DNA of 32,000 nucleotides from Desulfotalea psychrophila LSv54 (GTDB lineage: Bacteria; Desulfobacterota; Desulfobulbia; Desulfobulbales; Desulfocapsaceae). The notes beneath the pieces were generated by a model. It was not told the DNA's origin, ran no database searches, and saw nothing but the letters and a program-made list of their open reading frames with translations. The stretch spans positions 3,030,001 to 3,062,000 of the forward strand of contig NC_006138.1 of the NCBI RefSeq assembly GCF_000025945.1. The letters are read 5' to 3'. Of the stretch, positions 1-8,800 are shown piece after piece; position 1 is the first letter of the stretch; each line of letters begins with the position of its first letter. Both the position numbers and the translations under genes were made by a program.

Positions 1-2
1 AG

Positions 3-482
3 GCTTCTATAAACACCATAGAGGACCCATTTTTACTCAAGGCAGTACAGATGGCAGTAGATGGCCAGGAGCCCGAGACCCTACGCCGAATGCTGATGAC
101 TGAAATTGACTACATCCAGGTCAGACATGAAAAGGGTGGCGACATCTTTAACGCCCTGGCACTCTATGCCCCGGCCATGGGCATGGTTGGAACCCTGATT
201 GGTCTGGTGCAAATGCTCCAGACAATGGATGATCCGTCAACCATTGGCCCAGCCATGGCCGTTGCCCTTTTAACAACATTCTACGGCGCAGTCATAGCAA
301 ACGTTGTTTGTACCCCCATGGCAGGCAAGCTACGTAATCGATCAGACTCGGAAATCTTGACAAAGACTCTCATTGCCGAGGGAATGCAATCCATTTTATC
401 TGGAGAAAACCCCAGAATTATGGAACAAAAACTACATGCATTCATTGCGCCTAAGCTACGTGACTCTACCTTTAACAAATAA
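3..482 (+). CDS. motA: Flagellar motor stator protein MotA/PomA family, C-terminal part (5' end lies outside the window)
   Basis: Frame is open back to the window edge (A S I N T I E D P F L L K A V Q M A V D...). Contains MVGTLIGLVQML and PSTIGPAMAVALLTTFYGAVIANVVCTPMAGKL, typical of MotA/PomA TM3-TM4; followed by motB. Confidence 0.93.
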   Translation, partial: ASINTIEDPFLLKAVQMAVDGQEPETLRRMLMTEIDYIQVRHEKGGDIFNALALYAPAMGMVGTLIGLVQMLQTMDDPSTIGPAMAVALLTTFYGAVIANVVCTPMAGKLRNRSDSEILTKTLIAEGMQSILSGENPRIMEQKLHAFIAPKLRDSTFNK

Positions 483-491
483 GTCAAAATT

Positions 492-1241
492 ATGTCAGCT
501 GAAGAACTCCCGCAAAAAAAGGAAAAAAAATGCGCAGCAGGCGCCCCTGCCTGGATGGTGACCTACTCTGACCTGGTAACCCTGCTACTGACATTTTTTG
601 TCCTCCTCCTCTCCATGTCAAACGTTGACCCTGTTCGCATGAGCCAGGCATCCAGCTCTATCAAGGATGCCTTTGGCATCCCTATCAAGTCGGTGCCCAC
701 GGAGTATAGAGTACCTATCTTTCCCGCAATGCTCATAGCCAAATTTTCACCTGTCTCAATAGATAACACAAAGAAAATCCATGAAAAAATCAAAAACAAA
801 CTCAAAGCCCTGCGGATTAATTCTGAGGTAGAACTGATTAACAAAGACAAAGATATTATAATATTACGCATGGACGACAAGGTTCTTTTTGCCAGAGGCC
901 AATCTGAAATCAGCCCAAGATCTTACATGTTACTACGTAATATTGCAGACATAATCAGACCTCTACCCGTAAATGTCAGAATTGAAGGACATAGTGATGA
1001 CATCCCCCTTGGTATCAACAACATCGCCAACTGGAACCTCTCAACATCAAGGGCGGTCTCTGCCCTCCGTTTTTTTTACCGCGGAAATCTTATCTCCCTT
1101 GATCGACTCTCCGCCATTGGTTACGGAGACATGCATCCCATAGCCCCAAATACAACAGAGGAAAATAGAGCAAAAAATCGCCGGGTAGACTTTGTCCTCC
1201 GACTTAAGCCCCCTAAGAAAAAGCCAGAAATATTTAAATAA
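492..1241 (+). CDS. motB: Flagellar motor stator protein MotB/PomB with OmpA-like peptidoglycan-binding domain
   Basis: N-terminal PAWMVTYSDLVTLLLTFFVLLLSMS plug/TM motif with the conserved Asp; C-terminal VRIEGHSDDIP...NWNLSTSRAVSALRFF...RLSAIGYGD...NRRVDFVL OmpA-like motif. Confidence 0.95.
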   Translation: MSAEELPQKKEKKCAAGAPAWMVTYSDLVTLLLTFFVLLLSMSNVDPVRMSQASSSIKDAFGIPIKSVPTEYRVPIFPAMLIAKFSPVSIDNTKKIHEKIKNKLKALRINSEVELINKDKDIIILRMDDKVLFARGQSEISPRSYMLLRNIADIIRPLPVNVRIEGHSDDIPLGINNIANWNLSTSRAVSALRFFYRGNLISLDRLSAIGYGDMHPIAPNTTEENRAKNRRVDFVLRLKPPKKKPEIFK

Positions 1242-1287
1242 TTTTCAATCCTTATAAATTATCTTCATCACAAAATCAGGCACTCAT

Positions 1288-1776
1288 ATGGCAGAAGAAA
1301 AAGCTTCCCCTCAGGAAAAAAACGGCAAGAAAAAAAAATTGTTCCTCATCGGTGGTATAGCCCTGGTGGCAATTATACTCATCGGAATTATCGCTTACCT
1401 GCTTCTCAACAAGGGCGATGACACTCAGGTAACAGATAAAAACGTCCCCGTCCCTCAGGTAAATGCAACAAACCTGGGCCCCATGGTCGATCTGCAAGAT
1501 TTTGTAGTCAACATTATCAGCGATGAAGAGAACCACTATGTAAAAACAGCCATCACTCTTGAGGTAAGCAATAGCAGCGCATCCGAAGAGGTAGGCATGC
1601 GAATGCCACAGATGCGTGACACTATTATTTTGATTTTTGGCAACAAAGATTACCGTGAGCTACAGGATCTTCAGGGAAAAAAACAACTCAAAGCAGAGAT
1701 AAGCTCTCGAATAAACGCAATATTACAAACCGGACAGGTGGTGGCGGTTTATTTTACAGCCTTTGTGGTACAATAA
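1288..1776 (+). CDS. fliL: Flagellar basal body-associated protein FliL
   Basis: Lys-rich N-terminus, single TM helix, then VDLQDFVVNIISDEENHYVKTAITLEV... and a C-terminal VVAVYFTAFVVQ; located just upstream of fliM. Confidence 0.9.
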   Translation: MAEEKASPQEKNGKKKKLFLIGGIALVAIILIGIIAYLLLNKGDDTQVTDKNVPVPQVNATNLGPMVDLQDFVVNIISDEENHYVKTAITLEVSNSSASEEVGMRMPQMRDTIILIFGNKDYRELQDLQGKKQLKAEISSRINAILQTGQVVAVYFTAFVVQ

Positions 1777-1792
1777 TTGCTAAAGATTACAT

Positions 1793-2764
1793 ATGGAACC
1801 CATTCTTAGCAAAACAGAAATAGCCGAACTTCTCAGAGCTATCCGCCAAGGGAAAATATCTCTTGATGGTGGCCGAGAAGTAAACTCTATTGACTATGAA
1901 AAAGTTAATTTATTTGAACTGACACCTCCTGTTGATGACAAGGTTAAAATACCAAACTTTGACATCATTATGGATAGTTTCGCCCGTCATTACTCAATTT
2001 TACTGTCCAACCAACTACAGAGAACTATCTCTATTGAACGGATTAAGCTGGAGTCTTTTGACTTTCAGGATGTCTTTGACAAGATAGCGCACCCTGGTGC
2101 CATTGGCATGCTTGATTTACCTCCACTCCAGCAGGGCGGCCTCATTCTCTTTAATCCCAGCCTCTCTTTCTCACTGGTAGAGCGATTGCTTGGAGCCTCT
2201 CTTGATCTGGAAACTGTCTGCCTTAATAGAGACCCGACAACAATTGAGCTCAACGTCCTCAAGGTTATCATAGACCATGCCTGCCTGGGTCTCGACAAGG
2301 CATTTAGCCCTCTTGTCAACATGAATAGTTCCCTTGTCAAGATAGATAGTAAGCCCCGTCTTATGTCCATAACAGACCCAGACGATGAGGTTATCGCCTG
2401 CACCTTCCGAGTAATTCTCGGAAAAGACTCTGGAGAGATACTCCTTCTCATCCCACTGGCAGCCCTCGAGGTTCTCCATGAAGATCTCCAACATCTCCTC
2501 CGGGCAAGTGCAAAACGAACAACCACATGGCAGGGAACCATCGCCGCCGAAGTCAAAAAGATGACAGCCGATATTACAGCCCAGCCAGGTCGCCTGGAAC
2601 TCAGCGTTGGCGACATACTGGGACTACAAGTAGGAGACATATTGGAAGTTGACTATGATCCCAGTAAACCCCTCAAGGTTTTAGTAGAAAACAGCCCTAA
2701 GTTTTATGGTATCCCTGGCACACATAACGGCAAAAAAGCAATAAGTCTTACAGAAAGAATATAG
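1793..2764 (+). CDS. fliM: Flagellar motor switch protein FliM
   Basis: N-terminal LSKTEIAELLRAI CheY-binding-like segment, FDIIMDSFARHYSILLSNQLQR, PPLQQGGLILFNPSLSFSLVERLLG, C-terminal SpoA-like domain. Confidence 0.96.
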   Translation: MEPILSKTEIAELLRAIRQGKISLDGGREVNSIDYEKVNLFELTPPVDDKVKIPNFDIIMDSFARHYSILLSNQLQRTISIERIKLESFDFQDVFDKIAHPGAIGMLDLPPLQQGGLILFNPSLSFSLVERLLGASLDLETVCLNRDPTTIELNVLKVIIDHACLGLDKAFSPLVNMNSSLVKIDSKPRLMSITDPDDEVIACTFRVILGKDSGEILLLIPLAALEVLHEDLQHLLRASAKRTTTWQGTIAAEVKKMTADITAQPGRLELSVGDILGLQVGDILEVDYDPSKPLKVLVENSPKFYGIPGTHNGKKAISLTERI

Positions 2765-2806
2765 ACACGCCCCTCTCCGGGGCCGGAAAGAGAAAAAGGA
2801 TCTTTT

Positions 2807-3178
2807 ATGGTACCAACAAATAACAGCCGACCAAATCACGAAGAGATTCAAGAGCTCTTACAAGAGGAACGGGAAAACACTGAACAAGAACATACCACTC
2901 TTGAAAATAATGAGGCCCGCTCTCTGGACTTTCTCTACGACGTACCACTTGAGGTCTCCGTCGAAGTGGGCAGAAGCAAAATTCTCATCAAAGATCTATT
3001 GAATATGGGCGAAGGATATGTCATAGAGCTGAATAAGGTTGCAGGAGACCCCCTGGACCTCTATGTCAATTCACGGCTTATTGCCCGTGGCGAAGCTGTG
3101 ATGATAGGGGACAAATTTGGTATACGTCTTACCGATGTCGTTAGTGCCTCCGATAGGCTTGAAAGGCTGGGCAAATAA
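2807..3178 (+). CDS. fliN: Flagellar motor switch protein FliN
   Basis: VPLEVSVEVGRSKILIKDLLNMGEGYVIELNKVAGDPLDLYVNSRLIARGEAVMIGDKFGIRLTDVV is the canonical FliN/SpoA domain. Confidence 0.97.
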   Translation: MVPTNNSRPNHEEIQELLQEERENTEQEHTTLENNEARSLDFLYDVPLEVSVEVGRSKILIKDLLNMGEGYVIELNKVAGDPLDLYVNSRLIARGEAVMIGDKFGIRLTDVVSASDRLERLGK

Positions 3179-3513
3179 TGATGGGCTGGGAACTGGAAGG
3201 CTACTTCAGAGTTATTTGGGCACTTGCCTTAGTGCTTGGCCTCATGCTCATCATTTACGCCCTGATCCGCAAACGCCTGTCCCCTCTGCATAGCAGGGAA
3301 GGCAAAAAAATAAACGTCCTTGAAATACAACCACTTATGCCGAAGAAATCTCTCTGTCTAGTTGCAGTTGCAAACCAACAGTTCCTTCTGGCTATCAGCG
3401 GAGAGCAGATTACCACCATTGCCGAGATCGACACAGCGACGAACCGTCCTTCCTTCGTAACAGAGCTCAACCACGCCCAGGAAAATCAAGCTCCAGAAAA
3501 AGCCTGTCAATAA
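3178..3513 (+). CDS. fliO: FliO-like flagellar export apparatus accessory protein
   Basis: Single N-terminal TM helix, short cytosolic beta domain (EIQPLMPKKSLCLVAVANQQFLLAIS), position between fliN and fliP with a 1-nt overlap of fliN. Confidence 0.8.
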   Translation: MMGWELEGYFRVIWALALVLGLMLIIYALIRKRLSPLHSREGKKINVLEIQPLMPKKSLCLVAVANQQFLLAISGEQITTIAEIDTATNRPSFVTELNHAQENQAPEKACQ

Positions 3514-3514
3514 A

Positions 3515-4297
3515 ATGAACAAGACCTTGAAATCACCCAATAGCGCCAAAAGCAAATATCTCTATATCCTCTTTCTGGCAACTATCTCTCTGCTGACAAG
3601 CAGTCATCCCTCATGGGCCGTTGGTCTACCCAATATCACCCTGGGCCTGGAAGATGCCGACTCACCAGAAAAGGTCTCAGCTGCCCTGCAGATTCTCTTT
3701 GTTCTTACTATAATTTCTGTCGCCCCAGCAATCGTCCTGATGATGACCTGCTTTACCCGCATTGTCATCGTCCTTGGTTTTGTTCGCCAGGCCATGGGCA
3801 CTCAAAATATGCCCCCAAACCAAATTGTCATTGGTTTCGCCCTATTTCTTACCTTCTTTATCATGTCGCCTACCATAAACAAAATAAACGACACAGCCCT
3901 TCAACCATATCTGGCAAAAGAGATCAGCCAAGGTAAAGCTCTGGATCTCACCGTGTTCTCCATGCGAGAGTTTATGTTCAGTCAGGTGCAGGAATCTGAG
4001 CTGAGCTTTATGGCTGAGTTAACCATTGAAAAAGAGCCTAAGGACAAGGCTGACATCCCGACCACCACCCTTATTCCTGCCTATATGCTCTCTGAGCTTA
4101 AGACAGCCTTTAGCATGGGGTTTATGGTATATATCCCCTTCCTTGTTATTGATATGATTGTGGCCTCGGTGCTGATGTCCATGGGTATGATGATGCTTCC
4201 ACCTGTTATTATCTCCATGCCATTTAAACTTCTGCTCTTTATCCTGGTAGATGGTTGGACTCTTATCGTTGGCTCCCTTGTTAAAAGTTTTGGTTAA
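3515..4297 (+). CDS. fliP: Flagellar type III export protein FliP
   Basis: LMMTCFTRIVIVLGFVRQAMGTQNMPPNQIVIGFALFLTFFIMSP and IPAYMLSELKTAFSMGFMVYIPFLVIDMIVASVLMSMGMMMLPPVIISMPFKLLLFILVDGW. Confidence 0.98.
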   Translation: MNKTLKSPNSAKSKYLYILFLATISLLTSSHPSWAVGLPNITLGLEDADSPEKVSAALQILFVLTIISVAPAIVLMMTCFTRIVIVLGFVRQAMGTQNMPPNQIVIGFALFLTFFIMSPTINKINDTALQPYLAKEISQGKALDLTVFSMREFMFSQVQESELSFMAELTIEKEPKDKADIPTTTLIPAYMLSELKTAFSMGFMVYIPFLVIDMIVASVLMSMGMMMLPPVIISMPFKLLLFILVDGWTLIVGSLVKSFG

Positions 4298-4306
4298 GGA
4301 AAAATT

Positions 4307-4573
4307 ATGCTCACCCCGGAACTTGCCGTCAATGTCTGCCGCAAGGCTATCCAGACGATCCTCATGTGCGCAGCGCCCATGCTCCTTGCCGGTATGATTG
4401 TTGGCCTTTTTGTCTCCATCTTTCAGGCAGCGACTCAAATCAATGAGCAAACCCTTACCTTTATTCCGAAAATCATAGCCGTCTTTGTCACCATGCTCCT
4501 CTTCGGCCCCTGGATAATTAAACTGCTCCTGACCTTCACCTCTGGCGTATTCACCACAATTGCCAGCTTTTAG
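4307..4573 (+). CDS. fliQ: Flagellar type III export protein FliQ
   Basis: 88 aa, two TM helices, QAATQINEQTLTFIPKIIAV motif, follows fliP. Confidence 0.96.
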   Translation: MLTPELAVNVCRKAIQTILMCAAPMLLAGMIVGLFVSIFQAATQINEQTLTFIPKIIAVFVTMLLFGPWIIKLLLTFTSGVFTTIASF

Positions 4574-4738
4574 GAAACCTTGCAAGATGCTTTCTCCTTC
4601 AAATCCCTTCATTCTTCGAAAAACTTTGTGCCCTAAGAAGAGGATAGATTCCACTAGCAATAATGTCTCCGGCAAAATGTCACGAAGCCTTCACCCTTTA
4701 ATAAAACATTCACCTTCCCAAGCTAGTTTTTAATATCC

Positions 4739-5521
4739 ATGGATCCCCTACTTATCCCAATTGAGCAATTCCAACTCTTTCTCGTCGTGCTCAGTCGCGT
4801 TGCCGGATTCGTTGGGGCAATTCCCGTCATCTCTTCGGTGCAAAGCCCCAAACAGATAAAGATAGCCCTTGCCTGTAGCGTTGCACTGGTCCTCTTCCCC
4901 ATCATGTCCCCGGTAATCCATATAAAAGAGCTCACCATGCCCAGCTTCGCCCTGCTCATTGTAGCCGAGGTACTGGTGGGCACCACCATCGGCTTTGCCG
5001 CAAAACTCATCTTTACCTCCATCGAATTTGGCGCCACCGTCATTGGCTACCAAATGGGCTTTGCCGCCGCCAATGTTTTTGACCCACAGACAAAGGGGCA
5101 GGTCGCACTGATTTCACAGTTTCAAAACTCCTTTGCAATCCTTATATTTTTAGCAATTGATGGCCACCATATCTTTATCCACACCGCATCCATATCCTAT
5201 CAGTTTTTGCCGCCAGGACAGTTCAACTATAGCGGCGGAGCTGTACCCTACCTGATAGAGCTCACCGCTCATATGTTCCAAATGGGCATCCAGTTCAGTG
5301 CCCCCGTCCTGGCCGTTTTGCTTCTATCCGGTCTTATTCTGGGTATTCTCTCCAGAGTTTTCCCCCAACTCAATGTATTCATGCTCTCTTTTCCAATCAA
5401 CATAGGACTGGCCTTCACTGTCATATCTTTGACACTAGGCCTGTTGGCAATGCTCCTTAGTCGGGAATTTGACCAGCTCCCGGAACGGATTCTAAATATA
5501 CTCACCCTGCTTCACAACTAA
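4739..5521 (+). CDS. fliR: Flagellar type III export protein FliR
   Basis: 260 aa multi-TM protein with RVAGFVGAIPVISS...PKQIKIALACSVALVLFP and FEFGATVIGYQMGFAAANVFDPQT-type motifs; lies between fliQ and flhB. Confidence 0.95.
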   Translation: MDPLLIPIEQFQLFLVVLSRVAGFVGAIPVISSVQSPKQIKIALACSVALVLFPIMSPVIHIKELTMPSFALLIVAEVLVGTTIGFAAKLIFTSIEFGATVIGYQMGFAAANVFDPQTKGQVALISQFQNSFAILIFLAIDGHHIFIHTASISYQFLPPGQFNYSGGAVPYLIELTAHMFQMGIQFSAPVLAVLLLSGLILGILSRVFPQLNVFMLSFPINIGLAFTVISLTLGLLAMLLSREFDQLPERILNILTLLHN

Positions 5522-5538
5522 TAGAGACAAAAACAACA

Positions 5539-5559
5539 CTGCCGCCCCCCCCCCGGCAG
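5539..5559. repeat. Inverted repeat CTGCCG/CGGCAG enclosing a C10 homopolymer (5545-5554) in the fliR-flhB gap
   Basis: Direct reading: CTGCCG CCCCCCCCC CGGCAG. 6-bp stem with a 9-C loop. Confidence 0.75.
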
Positions 5560-5621
5560 CGGTGCAGTTCTTGCATTCTTTCTCCCAACAACAACAAAAT
5601 ATTTCCACCTAACGAGGCATT

Positions 5622-6689
5622 ATGGCAGAGGAAGCTCCAACAGGAGGCGAACGTACGGAAGACGCCAGTAGCAAGAGGCGGGAAGACTTCCGGAAAAAGG
5701 GCCAGGTCGCCCAGTCAAAGGAGGTTCAGACTGCTGCCCTCTTCACCCTGCTCCTACTCTTTTGGTCTTTCTATATTGGGATTTTCGGCAGGAAGCTCCT
5801 GATCCTTATCCAATCCATATGGCAATCACTAGAGAGCTTTTCCCCAACGCCTTCCCAGACCATGCAACTTGCCCTCTTTGTCATCAAGGAGTGCGCCATC
5901 ATACTTGCGCCCCTCTTTCTTCTCGTGGTTATTGTCGGCATTGCCTCAAGCTTTTTTCAGATCGGTTGGCTCTTCACCACCAAACCACTCAGCCCAGATT
6001 TCAGCAAGATGAACCCTATCGCCGGCTTTGGTCGTTTTTTCTCCAAAAAATCCTTCATCGAGGTGATCAAGTCCCTGAGCAAGGTCACCCTCATAGGTTG
6101 GCTTGCCTTCTCCACCATTATTGAACATTTCAACGAGGCACTGGTACAAACCGATACCAGCCCCATGGCAACTCTGGTCTTTATCGGAGTCACAGCAAGT
6201 CTCATTGTAGCCAAGGTCTGCGCCATTCTTATCCTTCTGGCCTTTATCGACTTTCTCTATGTGAAGTGGGAAATGGAAGAAAAGATGAAGATGACCAAAC
6301 AGGAGCAGAAAGAGGAGTTTAAGGAGAGCGAGGGTGATCCACATATTAAGTCACAAATCCGCGCCATCCAACAGGAAATGGCCAGAAAAAGAATGATGGC
6401 CGACGTACCTGGAGCCGATGTCATCATCACCAACCCAACCCATATATCCATTGCTCTCCGTTACCGGGCAGGACAGGACCAAGCCCCGATCATCGTCGCC
6501 AAAGGAGTCGATTTTGTGGCAATGAAAATTCGAGAAATAGCCCGAGAAAACAGCATCCCCATTATCGAAAACCCACCTGTGGCACGCATGTTGCATAAGA
6601 TTGAGATAGGGGGCTCAGTTCCCGAAGAAATGTTCGCAGTCGTGGCCGAAATATTGGCACACGTTTACTCGCTTAAAGGTAAGGGTTAA
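5622..6689 (+). CDS. flhB: Flagellar type III export switch protein FlhB
   Basis: N-terminal GERTEDASSKRREDFRKKGQVAQSKEV, autocleavage motif NPTH (DVIITNPTHISIALRY), C-terminal ENPPVARMLHK. Confidence 0.98.
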   Translation: MAEEAPTGGERTEDASSKRREDFRKKGQVAQSKEVQTAALFTLLLLFWSFYIGIFGRKLLILIQSIWQSLESFSPTPSQTMQLALFVIKECAIILAPLFLLVVIVGIASSFFQIGWLFTTKPLSPDFSKMNPIAGFGRFFSKKSFIEVIKSLSKVTLIGWLAFSTIIEHFNEALVQTDTSPMATLVFIGVTASLIVAKVCAILILLAFIDFLYVKWEMEEKMKMTKQEQKEEFKESEGDPHIKSQIRAIQQEMARKRMMADVPGADVIITNPTHISIALRYRAGQDQAPIIVAKGVDFVAMKIREIARENSIPIIENPPVARMLHKIEIGGSVPEEMFAVVAEILAHVYSLKGKG

Positions 6690-6691
6690 CA

Positions 6692-8800
6692 ATGGCAGTT
6701 GATGTCTTAAAAAAATTTGCTACTAAGCAACATTTTCAGGAGTTTCTGGGTCGCAGTGATATCGCTGCCTCTTTGGGCCTTGTTTCCATTCTGATGATCA
6801 TGATCATCCCCCTGCCGTCAATAATCCTTGACCTCTTTCTTTCCCTGAACATCACCATTGCCCTGCTCATTCTGATCATCAGCGTATATACAGTGGAGTC
6901 CACGGATTTCTCTATTTTTCCCTCGCTCCTGCTAACCACAACACTTTTTCGACTGGCACTCAACGTTGCCTCCACCAGGCTCATCCTCCTCCGGGGAGAT
7001 GAAGGCCCAGGTGCCGCCGGTTCTGTTATCCAGTCCTTTGGTCAATTTGTCGTTGGCGGTAATTATGTTGTCGGTATTGTTATCTTCGCCATCCTGGTCC
7101 TGATTAACTTTATGGTTATCACCAAGGGTGCAGGCCGAGTGGCAGAGGTTGCCGCCCGTTTCACCCTCGATGCCATGCCCGGTAAACAGATGGCAATCGA
7201 TGCCGATCTGAACGCCGGCCTAATAGATGAGCAACAGGCCAGAGAGAGACGAGAACATATTTCCGCAGAATCCGCCTTTCACGGAGCCATGGATGGTGCC
7301 TCAAAATTCGTTAAGGGAGATGCCATCGCCGGTATCATTATCACCCTTATTAATATTGGGGCAGGATTTGTCATTGGTGTTCTGCAAAAGGGCATGCCCA
7401 TGGCCGAAGCTGCCGCCAACTATACCATTCTCACCGTAGGCGACGGCCTTGTTGGCCAAATCCCCGCCCTTATTATCTCAACGGCCGCTGGTCTGCTCGT
7501 GACAAGATCAACCGGTGATAAAGATTTTGGCTCGGATCTAGCTGCCCAATTCTCTAGAAACTCGACAGCTATCTGGGTGGTCTCAGCTATCCTTATTGTC
7601 TTTGCCCTAATCCCGGGACTCCCCTTTATTCCCTTTCTTATTCTCTCTATCGCTCTGGCCTTTATTGCTCACCACATAGACAAAAAGGCAAAAGCTGAAG
7701 AGAATGATCCTCAGGCCCAAAGAGACGAGACGCCGGAACAGGCACTGGAAGCACAGGAAGAAGACTATGAGGCAATGCTCAACGTCGATCTGCTTCAACT
7801 TGAGGTAGGCTATGGCCTCATCCCCTATGTTGATGCAGGACAGAATGGTGAGATACTCAGCCGTATCCAATCAATACGAAAACAGTTTGCCCTCAACCAA
7901 GGCTTCATTCTTCCACCTATACATATCAGAGACAATCTGCAACTCAGCCCTAATCAGTACACCTTGGCCCTCAAGGGGGTCCTCATTGCTGAATCAGAAA
8001 TTCTACCAGACCATTTCATGGCAATGGATCCAGGCACCGTTACCCAGGATATTCAGGGAATTGCCACCACTGAGCCTGCCTTTGGCCTACCGGCCCTATG
8101 GATTACCGACGACAAAATGGACAGGGCTCAAATTGCAGGTTACACCGTGGTTGACTGCGCCACCGTAATGACCACCCATATCAGTGAAGTAATCAAACAG
8201 CATGCCCATGAAATAATCGGTCGCCAGGAGGTTCAGGGCTTATTGGACAACTTAGGCAAGACCTATCCAAAACTGGTGGAAGACCTGGTGCCGACAGTTG
8301 TTTCCCTTGGCACCATTATGCACGTCCTGCAAAACCTCCTTAAAGAGGCCGTATCTATTCGCGATCTGCGAACCATCATTGAAACCTTGGCTGACTGGTC
8401 AACAACCAGCAAAGACCCTATGGTTCTCACGGAATATGTTCGCCACAGCCTTTCCCGAGCCATCAGTGCAGAAATTTCAATAGATGGCAGCATCTCACTT
8501 ATCACCCTCTCTAAACCTGCAGAAGACGCTATTCAAAACGCTATCCAACACAAAGATACGGGGAGCTACCTTGCCGTAGACCCAGTTATTGCCCAAAGAA
8601 TCCTTGACTCTGTCAGCCAGGCAATACCCCTTTTTCAGGGCGGGCAACAGCCGGTCCTACTTGTAGCACCACAGATCAGACCACATGTACGTAGTTTAAC
8701 TGAACGCTATTTTCCAGCACTGACAGTACTCTCTCATAACGAAATTAGCCCTACCCTTAAAGTGCAATCTCTTGGAACGGTGACACTGGATGCAATTTAA
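6692..8800 (+). CDS. flhA: Flagellar type III export gate protein FlhA
   Basis: 702 aa with GKQMAIDADLNAGLIDEQQARERREHISAESAFHGAMDGASKFVKGDAIAGIIITLINI (FHIPEP signature region). Confidence 0.98.
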   Translation: MAVDVLKKFATKQHFQEFLGRSDIAASLGLVSILMIMIIPLPSIILDLFLSLNITIALLILIISVYTVESTDFSIFPSLLLTTTLFRLALNVASTRLILLRGDEGPGAAGSVIQSFGQFVVGGNYVVGIVIFAILVLINFMVITKGAGRVAEVAARFTLDAMPGKQMAIDADLNAGLIDEQQARERREHISAESAFHGAMDGASKFVKGDAIAGIIITLINIGAGFVIGVLQKGMPMAEAAANYTILTVGDGLVGQIPALIISTAAGLLVTRSTGDKDFGSDLAAQFSRNSTAIWVVSAILIVFALIPGLPFIPFLILSIALAFIAHHIDKKAKAEENDPQAQRDETPEQALEAQEEDYEAMLNVDLLQLEVGYGLIPYVDAGQNGEILSRIQSIRKQFALNQGFILPPIHIRDNLQLSPNQYTLALKGVLIAESEILPDHFMAMDPGTVTQDIQGIATTEPAFGLPALWITDDKMDRAQIAGYTVVDCATVMTTHISEVIKQHAHEIIGRQEVQGLLDNLGKTYPKLVEDLVPTVVSLGTIMHVLQNLLKEAVSIRDLRTIIETLADWSTTSKDPMVLTEYVRHSLSRAISAEISIDGSISLITLSKPAEDAIQNAIQHKDTGSYLAVDPVIAQRILDSVSQAIPLFQGGQQPVLLVAPQIRPHVRSLTERYFPALTVLSHNEISPTLKVQSLGTVTLDAI

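Noticed and set aside
2065-2640. 191-aa minus-strand ORF opposite fliM
   Set aside because: Antisense shadow of fliM with no start context or domain support.
4019-4675. 218-aa minus-strand ORF opposite fliP/fliQ, rich in His/Lys/Asp/Gly
   Set aside because: It is the reverse complement of hydrophobic TM coding sequence; the composition (HTHGHQHRGHNH) is an artefact of that.
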